Below the pieces are notes generated by a model. That model worked only from the letters and a program-made list of their open reading frames with translations. It was not told the origin of the DNA and did not search any database. DNA of 64,000 nucleotides, from the NCBI GenBank assembly GCA_040081095.1, contig JBEBHO010000124.1:4641-68640 (forward strand), read 5' to 3'. Positions 9,255-19,000 of this stretch are shown here, in pieces; the first letter of the stretch is position 1; every line of letters begins with the position of its first letter. Position numbers and translations under genes: made by a program. This DNA comes from Nitrospira sp. (GTDB lineage Bacteria; Nitrospirota; Nitrospiria; Nitrospirales; Nitrospiraceae).

Positions 9255-11918
9255 ATGCGCCAAGCGATACACCGACCATTACATTTGACTCTCATGATGC
9301 TATTTGGCGTTGTAGCCACCCCGCTACTACTTCATCCCATGTCCTCCGCCTCCGCCCAGCAGCTGACAGGCCAACCCAGCCAGGAAACCAGCAGGACAGG
9401 CATTCAAAGCCGGCGACTCGACAACATTACCCCTGCACCAATGAGATCCGTGGAAAAAAAGGACGCGCAGGCCGCAGCTCGTAAACCGCACCGACTGATT
9501 CGAAAGCCTGACAGCAATCCCATTGCGACCGTCGAGCCCTCCCCGTCCGCCTCCTTACCCACAACTTCATCGACACCCCAAAACGACAACCCAACTTCTC
9601 AACCCAAAGAACCCTCAACACTCAGCAGAAGCGTCGGGGCAGCCATGCCTCTTGCAGCCATGAGCGCCGCGCCAACACCAAATATCGGATCCATGGCAGC
9701 TGGCACAGCGCCGACCGGATCCGTCCCACTGGCCGCTGCAAGTACAGCCAACGCAGGCGGCTCGGGCCGAGAAAGATCCGGCGGGCGAACGATGCGCAGA
9801 TTGGCCGCGGAAATGCCGAGGCTGGCTCAATTGATCGCACCTCCAGCGGCACCAGCAGTTTCAGTTGCTCCCACGATCGGAACAAGTCCGACCAGTCTGT
9901 CTTTTACAGCGCAGCAAGGAAGCAGCAATCCCGCCGCACAGACCTTGACTATCAGTAATATCGGTGGCGGAATCTTGAGCTGGACTGCGAGCGATAGCGC
10001 AGCCTGGATGTCGCTCAGTTCTTCCTCGGGAACCGGAGCTGGCTCCGTGACCGTGAGCGTAATGACCGGAGCCCTAACAGCAGGAAGTTATAGCGGTACC
10101 GTGACGCTGAGCGCGACGGGAGCCTCTCCAGTCATTGTCCCCGTTTCATTTACCGTCACCACTGCTCCAGTGGCTCCGGCGATTGGCGCAAGCCCGGCAA
10201 GTTTCTCCTTCACTGCCCAGGTGGGGTCCAATCCGGCAACCCAAACTCTGACGATCAGCAACACAGGTGGTGGAGTCTTGAACTGGGCCGCCAGCGACAA
10301 TGCCCCTTGGCTGACGTTGTCGACAACCTCCGGTACTGGAAACAGTCCTACGACCTTGACAGTGAATACCGCCGCTCTGACGGCAGGAAATCATAATGCC
10401 CTCATTACACTCACTGCCCCAGGAGCAACCTCCGTCACCGTCCCGGTAGCGCTCACCGTCACGGCAGCGCCGGTACCTCCCGCGATCGGAGCAAGCCCAC
10501 TCAGTCTGTCGTTTACAGCCCAGCAAGGCGGCGCCAACCCAGCAACTCAGGCACTCGCCATCAGTAACACCGGCGGTGGCACATTGACCTGGACGGCCAG
10601 CGATGATGCGGCATGGCTATCAGTCTCACCTGCCTCAGGAACCGGCAACGGCCCGGCCACCGTTACTGCCATATTAGGAACGTTGGCTACTGGAACCCAT
10701 ACCGGAACGATTACACTCTCCGCCACTGGAGCCTCTTCAGTTTCCATTCCTGTCAGCCTTACGGTCACAGCGGCACCCGTCCCGCCGGCAATTGGTGCTA
10801 GTCCGACCAGCCTGACCTTTGCCGCGACACAGGGCGGCGCCAATCCCGCAAACCAGACTCTGACCATTAGCAACACCGGCGGAGGCACATTAAATTGGTC
10901 TGTCAGCGACAGCGCCGCTTGGTTGACAGCGTCACCGACCTCAGGCGCAGGCAATGGCTCGGTAACCTTGACCGTAGCAACCGGTACCCTGACTGCGGGC
11001 AGTCATACTGGTACGGTAACGATCGCGGCTACTGGAGCCACTTCAGTTACCATTCCTGTGACCTTTGTAGTTGCGGCTCCACCGGCAATTGGCATGAGTC
11101 CATCCAGCCTGTCCTTTACGGCTCAGCAGGGGGGAGGAAACCCCGTCGCACAAACTCTGAATATCAGCAACAGCGGTGGCGGAACCTTGAGCTGGGCCGC
11201 AACTCCCGACACCACCTGGCTGGCAGCTACACCTTCCTCCGCCATTGGAAATGGCACGGTATCCGTAAGCGTGACGACGGGAATCCTAACTGCCGGCAGC
11301 TACCCAGGAACTATTACCCTGAGCGCACCTGGAGCCACCAGTAGAACCGTTCCCGTGACATTCACCGTGACTGCGGCCCCTAGCATCAGCTTGAGCCCAA
11401 CAAGTCTGACCTATACAGCAACACAGGGCGGATCAAATCCGGCAAACCAAACCGTTACGCTGACAAACACCGGAGGAGTTGCAAATTGGACCGTGAGCGA
11501 TAATACTTCATGGCTAAGCGTATCTCCGACATCTGGAAGCAGCAGTAGTACATTAACGGCTACAGTGAATACCTCCGGCCTTACAGCAGGGAACTACAGT
11601 GGCATTATTACCGTCAGTGCGACTGGGGCCACATCAAGAACAGTTATCGTCACATTAACGGTCAGTGCTCCGACGACCTCATCTGTCACTTTGACATGGG
11701 CCGCAAATACAGAGATCGACCTTGCTGGATATAAGGTCTATCGGAGAACAGCATCAGGCGCATATGGTGCCGCCCTCGCCGCAGTCTCTGCGGGAACGCT
11801 CTCCTATCAGGCGACAGGGCTCTCGGCAAGCACCACGTACTTTTTTGCCATCACGGCCTACGATACGGCAGGCAATGAAAGCGGACTTTCAACTGAAGCA
11901 AGGTTAGACGTTCCCTGA
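9255..11918 (+). CDS. Secreted protein: disordered N-region, six BACON-type Ig repeats, C-terminal Fn3 domain
   Basis: Signal peptide ending ASA-Q, ~170 aa Pro/Ser/Ala-rich region, six ~97-aa repeats (AIGxSPxSLSFTA-Q--NP--QTL-ISNTGGGTL-W---D-A-WL), then SVTLTW...DLAGYKVY...YFFAITAYDTAGNES. GGAGG RBS. Confidence 0.9.
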   Translation: MRQAIHRPLHLTLMMLFGVVATPLLLHPMSSASAQQLTGQPSQETSRTGIQSRRLDNITPAPMRSVEKKDAQAAARKPHRLIRKPDSNPIATVEPSPSASLPTTSSTPQNDNPTSQPKEPSTLSRSVGAAMPLAAMSAAPTPNIGSMAAGTAPTGSVPLAAASTANAGGSGRERSGGRTMRRLAAEMPRLAQLIAPPAAPAVSVAPTIGTSPTSLSFTAQQGSSNPAAQTLTISNIGGGILSWTASDSAAWMSLSSSSGTGAGSVTVSVMTGALTAGSYSGTVTLSATGASPVIVPVSFTVTTAPVAPAIGASPASFSFTAQVGSNPATQTLTISNTGGGVLNWAASDNAPWLTLSTTSGTGNSPTTLTVNTAALTAGNHNALITLTAPGATSVTVPVALTVTAAPVPPAIGASPLSLSFTAQQGGANPATQALAISNTGGGTLTWTASDDAAWLSVSPASGTGNGPATVTAILGTLATGTHTGTITLSATGASSVSIPVSLTVTAAPVPPAIGASPTSLTFAATQGGANPANQTLTISNTGGGTLNWSVSDSAAWLTASPTSGAGNGSVTLTVATGTLTAGSHTGTVTIAATGATSVTIPVTFVVAAPPAIGMSPSSLSFTAQQGGGNPVAQTLNISNSGGGTLSWAATPDTTWLAATPSSAIGNGTVSVSVTTGILTAGSYPGTITLSAPGATSRTVPVTFTVTAAPSISLSPTSLTYTATQGGSNPANQTVTLTNTGGVANWTVSDNTSWLSVSPTSGSSSSTLTATVNTSGLTAGNYSGIITVSATGATSRTVIVTLTVSAPTTSSVTLTWAANTEIDLAGYKVYRRTASGAYGAALAAVSAGTLSYQATGLSASTTYFFAITAYDTAGNESGLSTEARLDVP

Positions 11919-11962
11919 AATGCGGAACGTGTCAATGAGTTTGGGACACTTGCCGTTGGCAT

Positions 11963-13090
11963 TTAGTGTAGAACCTCGTCTGTCGACATCGTGATCGCGT
12001 GAGGCGAGACGACCACGGACTCCGATACCACCCTGATCCCCTCACCATTCCGTGCGACCCGTGGGTCGTCTGCGATCGAGATCGTGGCTCCTGCGCGATT
12101 CTGCGAGGTCGATTCTCCCTTCGGCGGGTTGATCCAGACCGCGTGAGGCAGGAGGGGTGGCTGGGGCGGCTTCCTCACGAAGCGCTCCGGGTGCGCGGCG
12201 TAGGCGTTACTGAGCACCTGTTGCCGGGCGTCACGCATCATAGCGGCTCGCCCGTCGTGCACGGCGGCCGGCGTCATCAGTCCGATGCCGGAGTGGCGAT
12301 GCTCGCCGTTGTACCAGGAGAAGAACGTCTGACAGAAGACGCGAGCGTCTTCGAGGCTGCCGAAGCGTTCCGGGAAGTCCGGGTGATACTTCAGCGTTTT
12401 GAACTGGGCCTCGGAGAAGGGGTTATCGTCGCTGGTATAGGGCCGGCTGTGCGTCTTGGTGATCCCCAGGTCGACGAGCAGCCCCGCCACTGGCCTAGAT
12501 TTCATAGAGGAGCCGCGATCCGCATGCAGGGTCAACTGCCCCGGCTTGATCTGCTGCTTCTCGCAGGTGTCTGCGATGAGCCGCTGGGCCAGCACCGCCG
12601 ACTCCGCCGGGGCGACCATCCAGCCGACCACATAGCGGCTGAAGATATCCAGAATGACATAGAGGTAGCAGTACGACCACTTCACGGGGCCCAGAAGTTT
12701 CGAGATATCCCATGACCACACGCGATTGGGGGCAGTCGCCAGGAGTTCCGGCTTCTGATAGACCGGGTGGCGGAGCTGGTTCCGGCGCTCCTTGACCTCC
12801 GCCTGCTCATCAAGGATGCGGTACAGGGTCCGGATGGAACAGTGGTAGCGGCCTTCATCGAGGAGAGTGGCATAGACCGTGGCCGGAGCTTTGTCGACGA
12901 ACCGGTCGCTGTGCAAGGTCGCGAGCACCGCCTGTCGCTCCTCGAACGACAAGGCGCGCGGCGGGCTCGGACGCGGTGCGGACACCTTCGCGGGCCCCTG
13001 CCCGCGATAGAATCCTGAACGGACGATGCCGAGGGCGGCACAGGCTGGTTTGATCCCAATCTCAGTGGACAGTAACCGCGTGGCGACCAT
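11963..13090 (-). CDS. IS3-family transposase OrfB (DDE)
   Basis: WSWDI, LDIFSRYVVGW, HADRGS, SRP..SDDNPFSEAQFKTLK, YNGEHRHSGIG. Confidence 0.92.
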   Translation of the reverse strand: MVATRLLSTEIGIKPACAALGIVRSGFYRGQGPAKVSAPRPSPPRALSFEERQAVLATLHSDRFVDKAPATVYATLLDEGRYHCSIRTLYRILDEQAEVKERRNQLRHPVYQKPELLATAPNRVWSWDISKLLGPVKWSYCYLYVILDIFSRYVVGWMVAPAESAVLAQRLIADTCEKQQIKPGQLTLHADRGSSMKSRPVAGLLVDLGITKTHSRPYTSDDNPFSEAQFKTLKYHPDFPERFGSLEDARVFCQTFFSWYNGEHRHSGIGLMTPAAVHDGRAAMMRDARQQVLSNAYAAHPERFVRKPPQPPLLPHAVWINPPKGESTSQNRAGATISIADDPRVARNGEGIRVVSESVVVSPHAITMSTDEVLH

Positions 13091-13592
13091 CAGGCGCGCC
13101 CGCCTTCCTTGGGCGTCTCCAGCGGGATGCCCAGGATCTGTAAGACTTTTTTTGCACGTCGATGATGAGTTCGGCCTGTTTGAGCCGCGTGGTCAGCCGG
13201 GTGTTCTCCTTGCGGAGGGTCTCATTCTCTACCCGCAGCGGATGCTGGGCGGATTCTTTTCGGCCTCGCTTCTGGGGCGTCAAGGCCGAGAGTACACCCT
13301 CCGTGCGTTGGCGTCGCCACGTCGTGAGGTTCGAGGCATACAGTCCCTCGGCGCGAAGCAGCGCCCCCAGGCTGCCCACTGCCGTACAGGCATCGGCCAA
13401 TTTCAGGATGCGCAGCTTGTCCTCCTCCGTGAAACGTCGCCATGTTGGCGTAGCGGCCACCTCGGGGTCCGGCCGGACACTCACCGCTGGTCGTGGTGAG
13501 GCGGCTCCTTGGGGGGACTTGTCCACAGTGTCCGGCGTCGCCAGCCGGGCTCCTTCGAGTCCTCGACTGGTGTACTTCTTGTCAGCATTCAT
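13062..13592 (-). CDS. IS3-family transposase OrfA (HTH)
   Basis: RRFTEEDKLRILKLADAC...GALLRAEGLYASNLTTWRRQR, leucine-zipper-like LRVENETLRKENTRL; A7G run near the end. Confidence 0.85.
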   Translation of the reverse strand: MNADKKYTSRGLEGARLATPDTVDKSPQGAASPRPAVSVRPDPEVAATPTWRRFTEEDKLRILKLADACTAVGSLGALLRAEGLYASNLTTWRRQRTEGVLSALTPQKRGRKESAQHPLRVENETLRKENTRLTTRLKQAELIIDVQKKSYRSWASRWRRPRKAGAPDGRHAVTVH

Positions 13593-13925
13593 GAGGGGTG
13601 CTCCTCTCCGCCCGCTACTCTAATTGAAGAGAGGCAAAGTGTCCCACTGATATTGGCACAGAGGGTTCACAACCTGTGGTACTCTGATGTGTTGATCGTT
13701 ACCCCTCCGCAAGCTCTCCAATAGCCCGTCCTACACACCGAAGCATGACGCCATCCTGATCTTATTGTGGAAGGCTTACTTTAACGGAAAACAGGATCCG
13801 AGTGCTCGATCCCAACCGACACATCATGGAGGCTATGGCCTCCACCGGGGACCACCGAAGCAGTCATCTATCCCTAGCTGTGACGTGTGATGTTTCTAGA
13901 AACCTCATATAACGCAGAAAACGAC

Positions 13926-13971
13926 GAAAAATAAAAAAAGAGGGCCGGTCGATCGGTGATCGCCGACCCTC
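13926..13971 (-). terminator. Rho-independent terminator of the PEP-CTERM gene
   Basis: Minus strand GAGGGTCGGCGATC...GATCGACCGGCCCTC followed by TTTTTTTATTTTT. Confidence 0.85.
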
Positions 13972-14002
13972 AATAAAATTTGAGCTCTCTATCTCGCGCA
14001 GC

Positions 14003-14753
14003 TTAGGCTGACAAAGAGGCGCGTCTCCGCTGCCACAACCCGAAGCCCAGCAACCCAACACCCAGCAACAACGCAGTGCTCGGTTCCGGCACGCCTCTCG
14101 TCGTGGTTCCGGCATCATGTGAGAAGGGAGCAAAATTATTCACATCGGTATCCCCGCGCTTAAAGATTGTGTTATACAGATCGAAATGCAGCTGATATGG
14201 AGAAGCCAGCAACGACCGATCTACCGTAAACGCCGCATAAAGCAAACCGCTCCCCGCATGAATGCCACCGGGAGTCTCCGCCGTGTTGTAAACGCCGCTC
14301 GTATTCAACGGATTAAACGTGAACGAAAATTCACGGAAATACGTGGGGTACGTTCCATGGGAGGGCAAGATCACCAGGATCAGTCGTAGCCACGCCACCG
14401 AGTTCGATAGGAGGCGTGCCATACGTCATCCCGCTCGTCGCGTTGACATTCGTTCCATTAAACGTAAATGAACCAAGGCTGGCTGGGCTCGACGTGGCCG
14501 GACTGAGACAGACGGACAGATAGTAGGTGTCTGTCACGGGAGTTGAACGCACCCCAGGATCAAGCAAGGCATAGAGCGTAAACGTATTACTTGAAGTCAA
14601 AACCGTTTGAGTCGCCGTGTCATAGAACCCACCGGCGATATCAAGCTGCAAGGCCGACACGGCATGGGCCACAGGCGCTCCCACTGCCAGCAGACCAGCT
14701 ACCGTAAGGGTACCCAGGAGCCCCAGGCTTCCTTTCGCACGTTGATTGCTCAT
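14003..14753 (-). pseudogene. PEP-CTERM sorting-domain surface protein split by a 1-bp frameshift (~14365)
   Basis: Signal peptide MSNQRAKG...VAHA and body LQLDIAGGFYD... in one frame. It continues as SHGTYPTYFREF...VPEPSTALLLGVGLLGFGLWQRRR in another frame after GATCTTGCCCTCCCAT. AAAGGAG RBS. Confidence 0.88.
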
Positions 14754-14803
14754 AATTCTCTCTCCTTTTAGTGAAACGAGTAATGCCTTTGCCTCGTTAA
14801 CCC

Positions 14804-14996
14804 AGCACAAGGCATTCCGTATAATTACATTTGCAAGCTATTGATAAATAAAATCCATATTACCTGCTCGCAAATCACAGCTCAGTCAACGGTAAAGCCA
14901 TTTTACAGACAAGCTGGTTAAAAAACGCCAAACCAATACAATATTCTATATTTTCAATATTTTGCGAGACCATGACTACTGTCAATCATCTTTACA
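14804..14996 (-). promoter_or_regulatory. Putative sigma-54 promoter, IHF site and paired enhancer boxes upstream of the PEP-CTERM gene
   Basis: Minus strand CGGAATGCCTTGTGCT (GG-N10-GC, ~14804-14819). IHF consensus match TATCAATAGCTTG (14834-14846). Two 17-bp imperfect palindromes GGTAAAGCCATTTTACA (14891-14907) and TGTCAATCATCTTTACA (14980-14996). Confidence 0.6.
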
Positions 14997-15200
14997 GCAC
15001 TGCGTGCCTTCATCAGAAAGATAACATCTGACAAATACGCTGCCTGCGGGATACTTAGGGAATACCAAGCCCACGGAAAATTGGAGAAGTCACCGCAACG
15101 GGAGCATCAGCAAAGCTTGGAGAAGGTGCCCACAAGTACCTAACCGGATGAACTCACGGAACATAGGTCAAAACATCATGCGCTGGCAGGATTCGTACTA

Positions 15201-15924
15201 GGGCCTGTTAACACTACTGCAAGCCCTCGACGATCAACGCGAAATTGATGAACGCGACGAACATGACATCGAGTTTTTCAAACCGCGAGAAGATGCGCCG
15301 AAATCCATTAAGCCGGCGGAACAGCCGTTCGATCTCATTGCGTCGCTTGTACAGGGCTCGAGCGTATTCCCATGGCGTGAGTCGATTGTGCTTGGGCGGC
15401 ACCACAGGAACAAACCCTAACGCTGAGGCCAGTTGCCGCGTCTCATCGCCTTCATACGCCTGAACCATCAACAAGTGGATCGGGCGTGGCATTCGACCTA
15501 AGCGGTGCAGCAACGTTCGCCCCTCAGGTGCATCGTGGGCGTGGCCCGTGGACAGGCCGAACGTTATGGCCGTTCGAGCATCCGCGGCAACCATATGAAT
15601 CTTGGTCGTCCATCCGCCGCGGGACTGGCCAATGGCTTGCGGGCCGTTTTTTTAACGCCCCCGTGCCATCCGGATGGACCTTGACGATGGTACCGTCCAA
15701 GGCCATGGCTTCGATCTTCACGCGGAGGATCTGAGTGTGTTGCAACTGTGCAAAGACGCGATCCAGCACCCCGCTCTTCGACCAACGATTCATGCTAGTG
15801 TAGATTGTCGAGCGTCACGTTGCCGCGTTGTGTCGGCAAATACGGCTCGATTTGGCGATACTGTGCGTCGGTGATTTCCATGTACGCAGTATCTCATAAT
15901 ATGATCATTAGTGATAACAGTCCC
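15201..15924 (-). mobile_element. IS5-family (IS427-like) element with an internal deletion
   Basis: IRs GGGCCTGTTAACACTA / TAGTGATAACAGTCCC in a CTAG/TA context on both sides. Transposase pieces MEITDAQYRQI...NLH*, MNRWSKSG...LDGTIVKVHPDGTGALKK, and YKRRNEIERLFRRL...RFEKLD. Confidence 0.9.
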
Positions 15925-15987
15925 TAGTGCAGTGAACGCAGCACGGAAAGGACAAATCCAGGTCTCTGGCCAATTTCAAATATGATG

Positions 15988-16031
15988 GAGGAGACAAGGT
16001 CGGCGAACCTTGCCTTAGGCCTTGTCTCCCC
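15988..16031 (-). terminator. Hairpin downstream of the beta-propeller gene
   Basis: GGAGACAAGG...CCTTGTCTCC 10-bp stem with a long loop, ~45 bp after the stop; no clear U-tract. Confidence 0.4.
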
Positions 16032-16075
16032 CCATACACTCGCAGACTGAAAGGGCAATCACCTCACCGTACCGC

Positions 16076-19000
16076 TTACTGCATCACACCGGCTGCGGCG
16101 ATACTGAACGGGCCATTCATTGGGGGCACACCCACAAACGTGCCTGCAGCCGTCAAGGCTCCCGTCGTCCCATCGATCGTATATGTCAATATATCGTTAG
16201 AGCCAAGATTCGCCACATAGAGCCAGCGACCACTCAGGTCGACGATGACCGAAGTCGGTAGACCGCCGGTCGCCAGCGGACTGCCGGCCGCCGTCAAAGC
16301 CCCCGTCGTCTGACTGATGCTGTAGGTGGAGACCGTATTTGCCCCCTGGTTCGCCACATACGCAAACCGCCCGGTCGGCTCTACCGTTACTGAAACAGGG
16401 TTCGTCCCCGCCGCCACCGGACTCCCGATAGCCACCAGCGCTCCCGTCGTACTGCTGATTGTGAACATCGACACGTTATTGGAAATTTCGTTTACCACAT
16501 AGGCAAATCGCCCACTCGGATCAACTGTGAGTGCCCTTGGACTAGCCCCCACGGCAAATGGACTCCCCAGTACCGCCGTCAGCCGTCCGTCCCCTCGATT
16601 GATCGTAAAGACCGAAATACTGTTGGAACCGGCATTGACCGTATAGGCATACCGGCCCATCGGGTCCACAGTCACACTGCCCGGCATAGTTCCGACGGCA
16701 TAGGGACTGCCTAACACTGGCGTGAGAGTGCCGCTGGTCCCATTAACCGTAAAGGCCGACACAGTATTGGATCCCTGATTCGTGACAAAGGCAAATCGTC
16801 CGCTTGGATCGACTGTCACGCCTCGCGGTGCGGCTCCGACGGCGAAGGGACTACCCGGGATCGCCGTCAACGAGCCGCTCGTCGTATTAACCGTGAACGC
16901 CGACACATTGTTGGAACCTTCGTTCGCCGCATAGGCGAACCGCCCGCTCGGATCGACCACGACTCCTCGCGGTGTGATCCCGGCTGCAAAGGGGCTGCCC
17001 GACACTGAAGCTAAGGCTCCGGTCGTATTATCAATCGTCAGACCGGTCACGTTATTACCGGTTTGATTGGCCACATAGGCAAACTTCGGAGTAAACTGCA
17101 CCGGCGCCGGTCCATAAAGCATGGTCACTGAGCTTGGCCCACTCCGGGTCGCCACTGTTGCAGAGATGGCCAGCGGAACCAACGCCCCTGTCGCCCCATC
17201 GACCCTAAACGCCGAAACCGTATTGCCACCAGCATTTGCGACATAGGCAAACTGGCCATTCCGATCGATGCTGAGAAAAATTGGTTTGGTTCCTGTGGCA
17301 AACGGACTGCCCGGCACCGGGGTCAAGCCCCCAGTTGTGCCATTAACCTCAAAGGCCGAAACGTTATTCGACCCATTATTCGACACATAAACAAATCGTC
17401 CGGTTGGATACATAGTAATCCCCCGTGGGTCTCCGCCAACCGCCACAGAGCCAATGGCCGTCAATGCTCCAGTCGTACCATTAATCGTAAACATAGACAC
17501 ATCGCTCGACAAACGATTGGCCACATAGGCAAACTGTCCTGTCGGATCTATGGCAATAGCACGAGGAGTTGTCCCTGCGGGAAACGGACTACCCGCGACA
17601 GGCGTTAACACCCCGGTCGTGCCGTTGATCGTAAACGCCGACACGTTATTAGAAGTGAGATTCGCCACATAGGCAAACCGCCCACTCGGGTCAAGAGTAA
17701 TAACCATTGGTGCGGTCCCTGTCGTAAACGGACCGCCCGCCATTGGCGTCAACGCCCCCGTCGTACCATTGATCGTGAACCCCGAAACAGTATTGGCTTG
17801 ACGATTCACCACATAGGCAAACCGCCCACTCGGATCTACGACCACACAGGTAGGAGACACGGTGGCGTAGGGACTTCCTGCGACAGCCGTCAAGGCACCC
17901 GTTATGCTGTTGATGGTGTACGCCGACACATTGCTGCCAGCGGCCACATAGGCAAACCGGCTGGTTGGATCCAATGCCATGGAGAAAGGATAGATTCCGC
18001 TAATTGCATATCCGGAGGCGCGCAATTGTCCGCTGATCGAATCAACGGCATAGACTGAAACAGTATTCTCATTCTCATTCGTCACATAGGCAAATCGCGG
18101 GACCACAAGACCACTGGAGACAGGCGGGTTAATACTAAACGTGATCGGCACTGTAACCGGCAGGGCTCCGGACGCACTCACTGTCACGAAACTATTGTAC
18201 GTGCCGGCTAGCAAGGCGCCAGTTGTGGCAGTGACAGTCACCGCGCTATTACCTGTTCCAGCCGTCGGGCTTAAGGAAAGCCAAGCAACGTTTGCATTTG
18301 CCGACCAAGTGAGAGTGCCGCCGCCGGTGTTACTGATGTTTAGCGTTTGCGCGTCAGGATTACCTTCCCCCTGCCTGGCGGTAAAGGATAGGCTTGTTGG
18401 ACTGAGGCCAATCGCTGGTGGAATTTCTCCGAACGGAGGCACATCCCCGAAGCTGCTCGCAACTGTCAAAGCCCCGGTTGCGCCGTCGATTAAAAATGCT
18501 GACACGCTGTTATTGCCGTAATCGACGTAGGCGATCCGACCACTCGGATCTACGCTGACGGAGACCGGAAATCCCCCGGTTGCCACCGGGCCACCCACTG
18601 CGGTCAACCCTCCCGTCGTGCTGTCGATGGCAAGCACCGACAAGCTGCTCGATCCTTGATTCACGACATAGGCCCATCGCCCCGTCGGTTCCACCGTAAT
18701 CGATACAGGGGTCGTGCCAACGGCCACGGGACTCCCGACCACCGTCAACGCGCCGGTTGTGCGATTGATCGTAAATGCCGAGACGTTGTTGGAGATTCCA
18801 TTGACCACGTACACCACCCGCCCTGTGGGGTCAGCGGTGACTGCGCGTGGGCCTGCTCCAGCGGCAAACGGACTGCCTGCCACTGCGGTCAACGATCCAG
18901 AGGTCCGGTTGATTGTAAAAACCGAGAGATTATTAGAGCCGGCATTCGCCACATAGGCCCATTGCCCCGTTGGATCCACTGTGATGGATACGGGGGTTGT

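Larger units (their letters stand above)
11929..13660 (-). mobile_element. IS3-family insertion sequence
   Basis: Imperfect terminal IRs GTGTCAATGAGTTTGGGACACTTGCC / GGCAAAGTGTCCCACTGATATTGGCAC enclose orfA and orfB; exact ends uncertain by ~10 bp. Confidence 0.88.

Noticed and set aside
9870-11670. ~290-bp tandem DNA repeats
   Set aside because: Explained by six BACON domains within one ORF.
11999-13724. Long plus-strand ORFs (238, 157, 153 aa)
   Set aside because: Antisense to the GC-rich IS3 transposase; no recognisable motifs.
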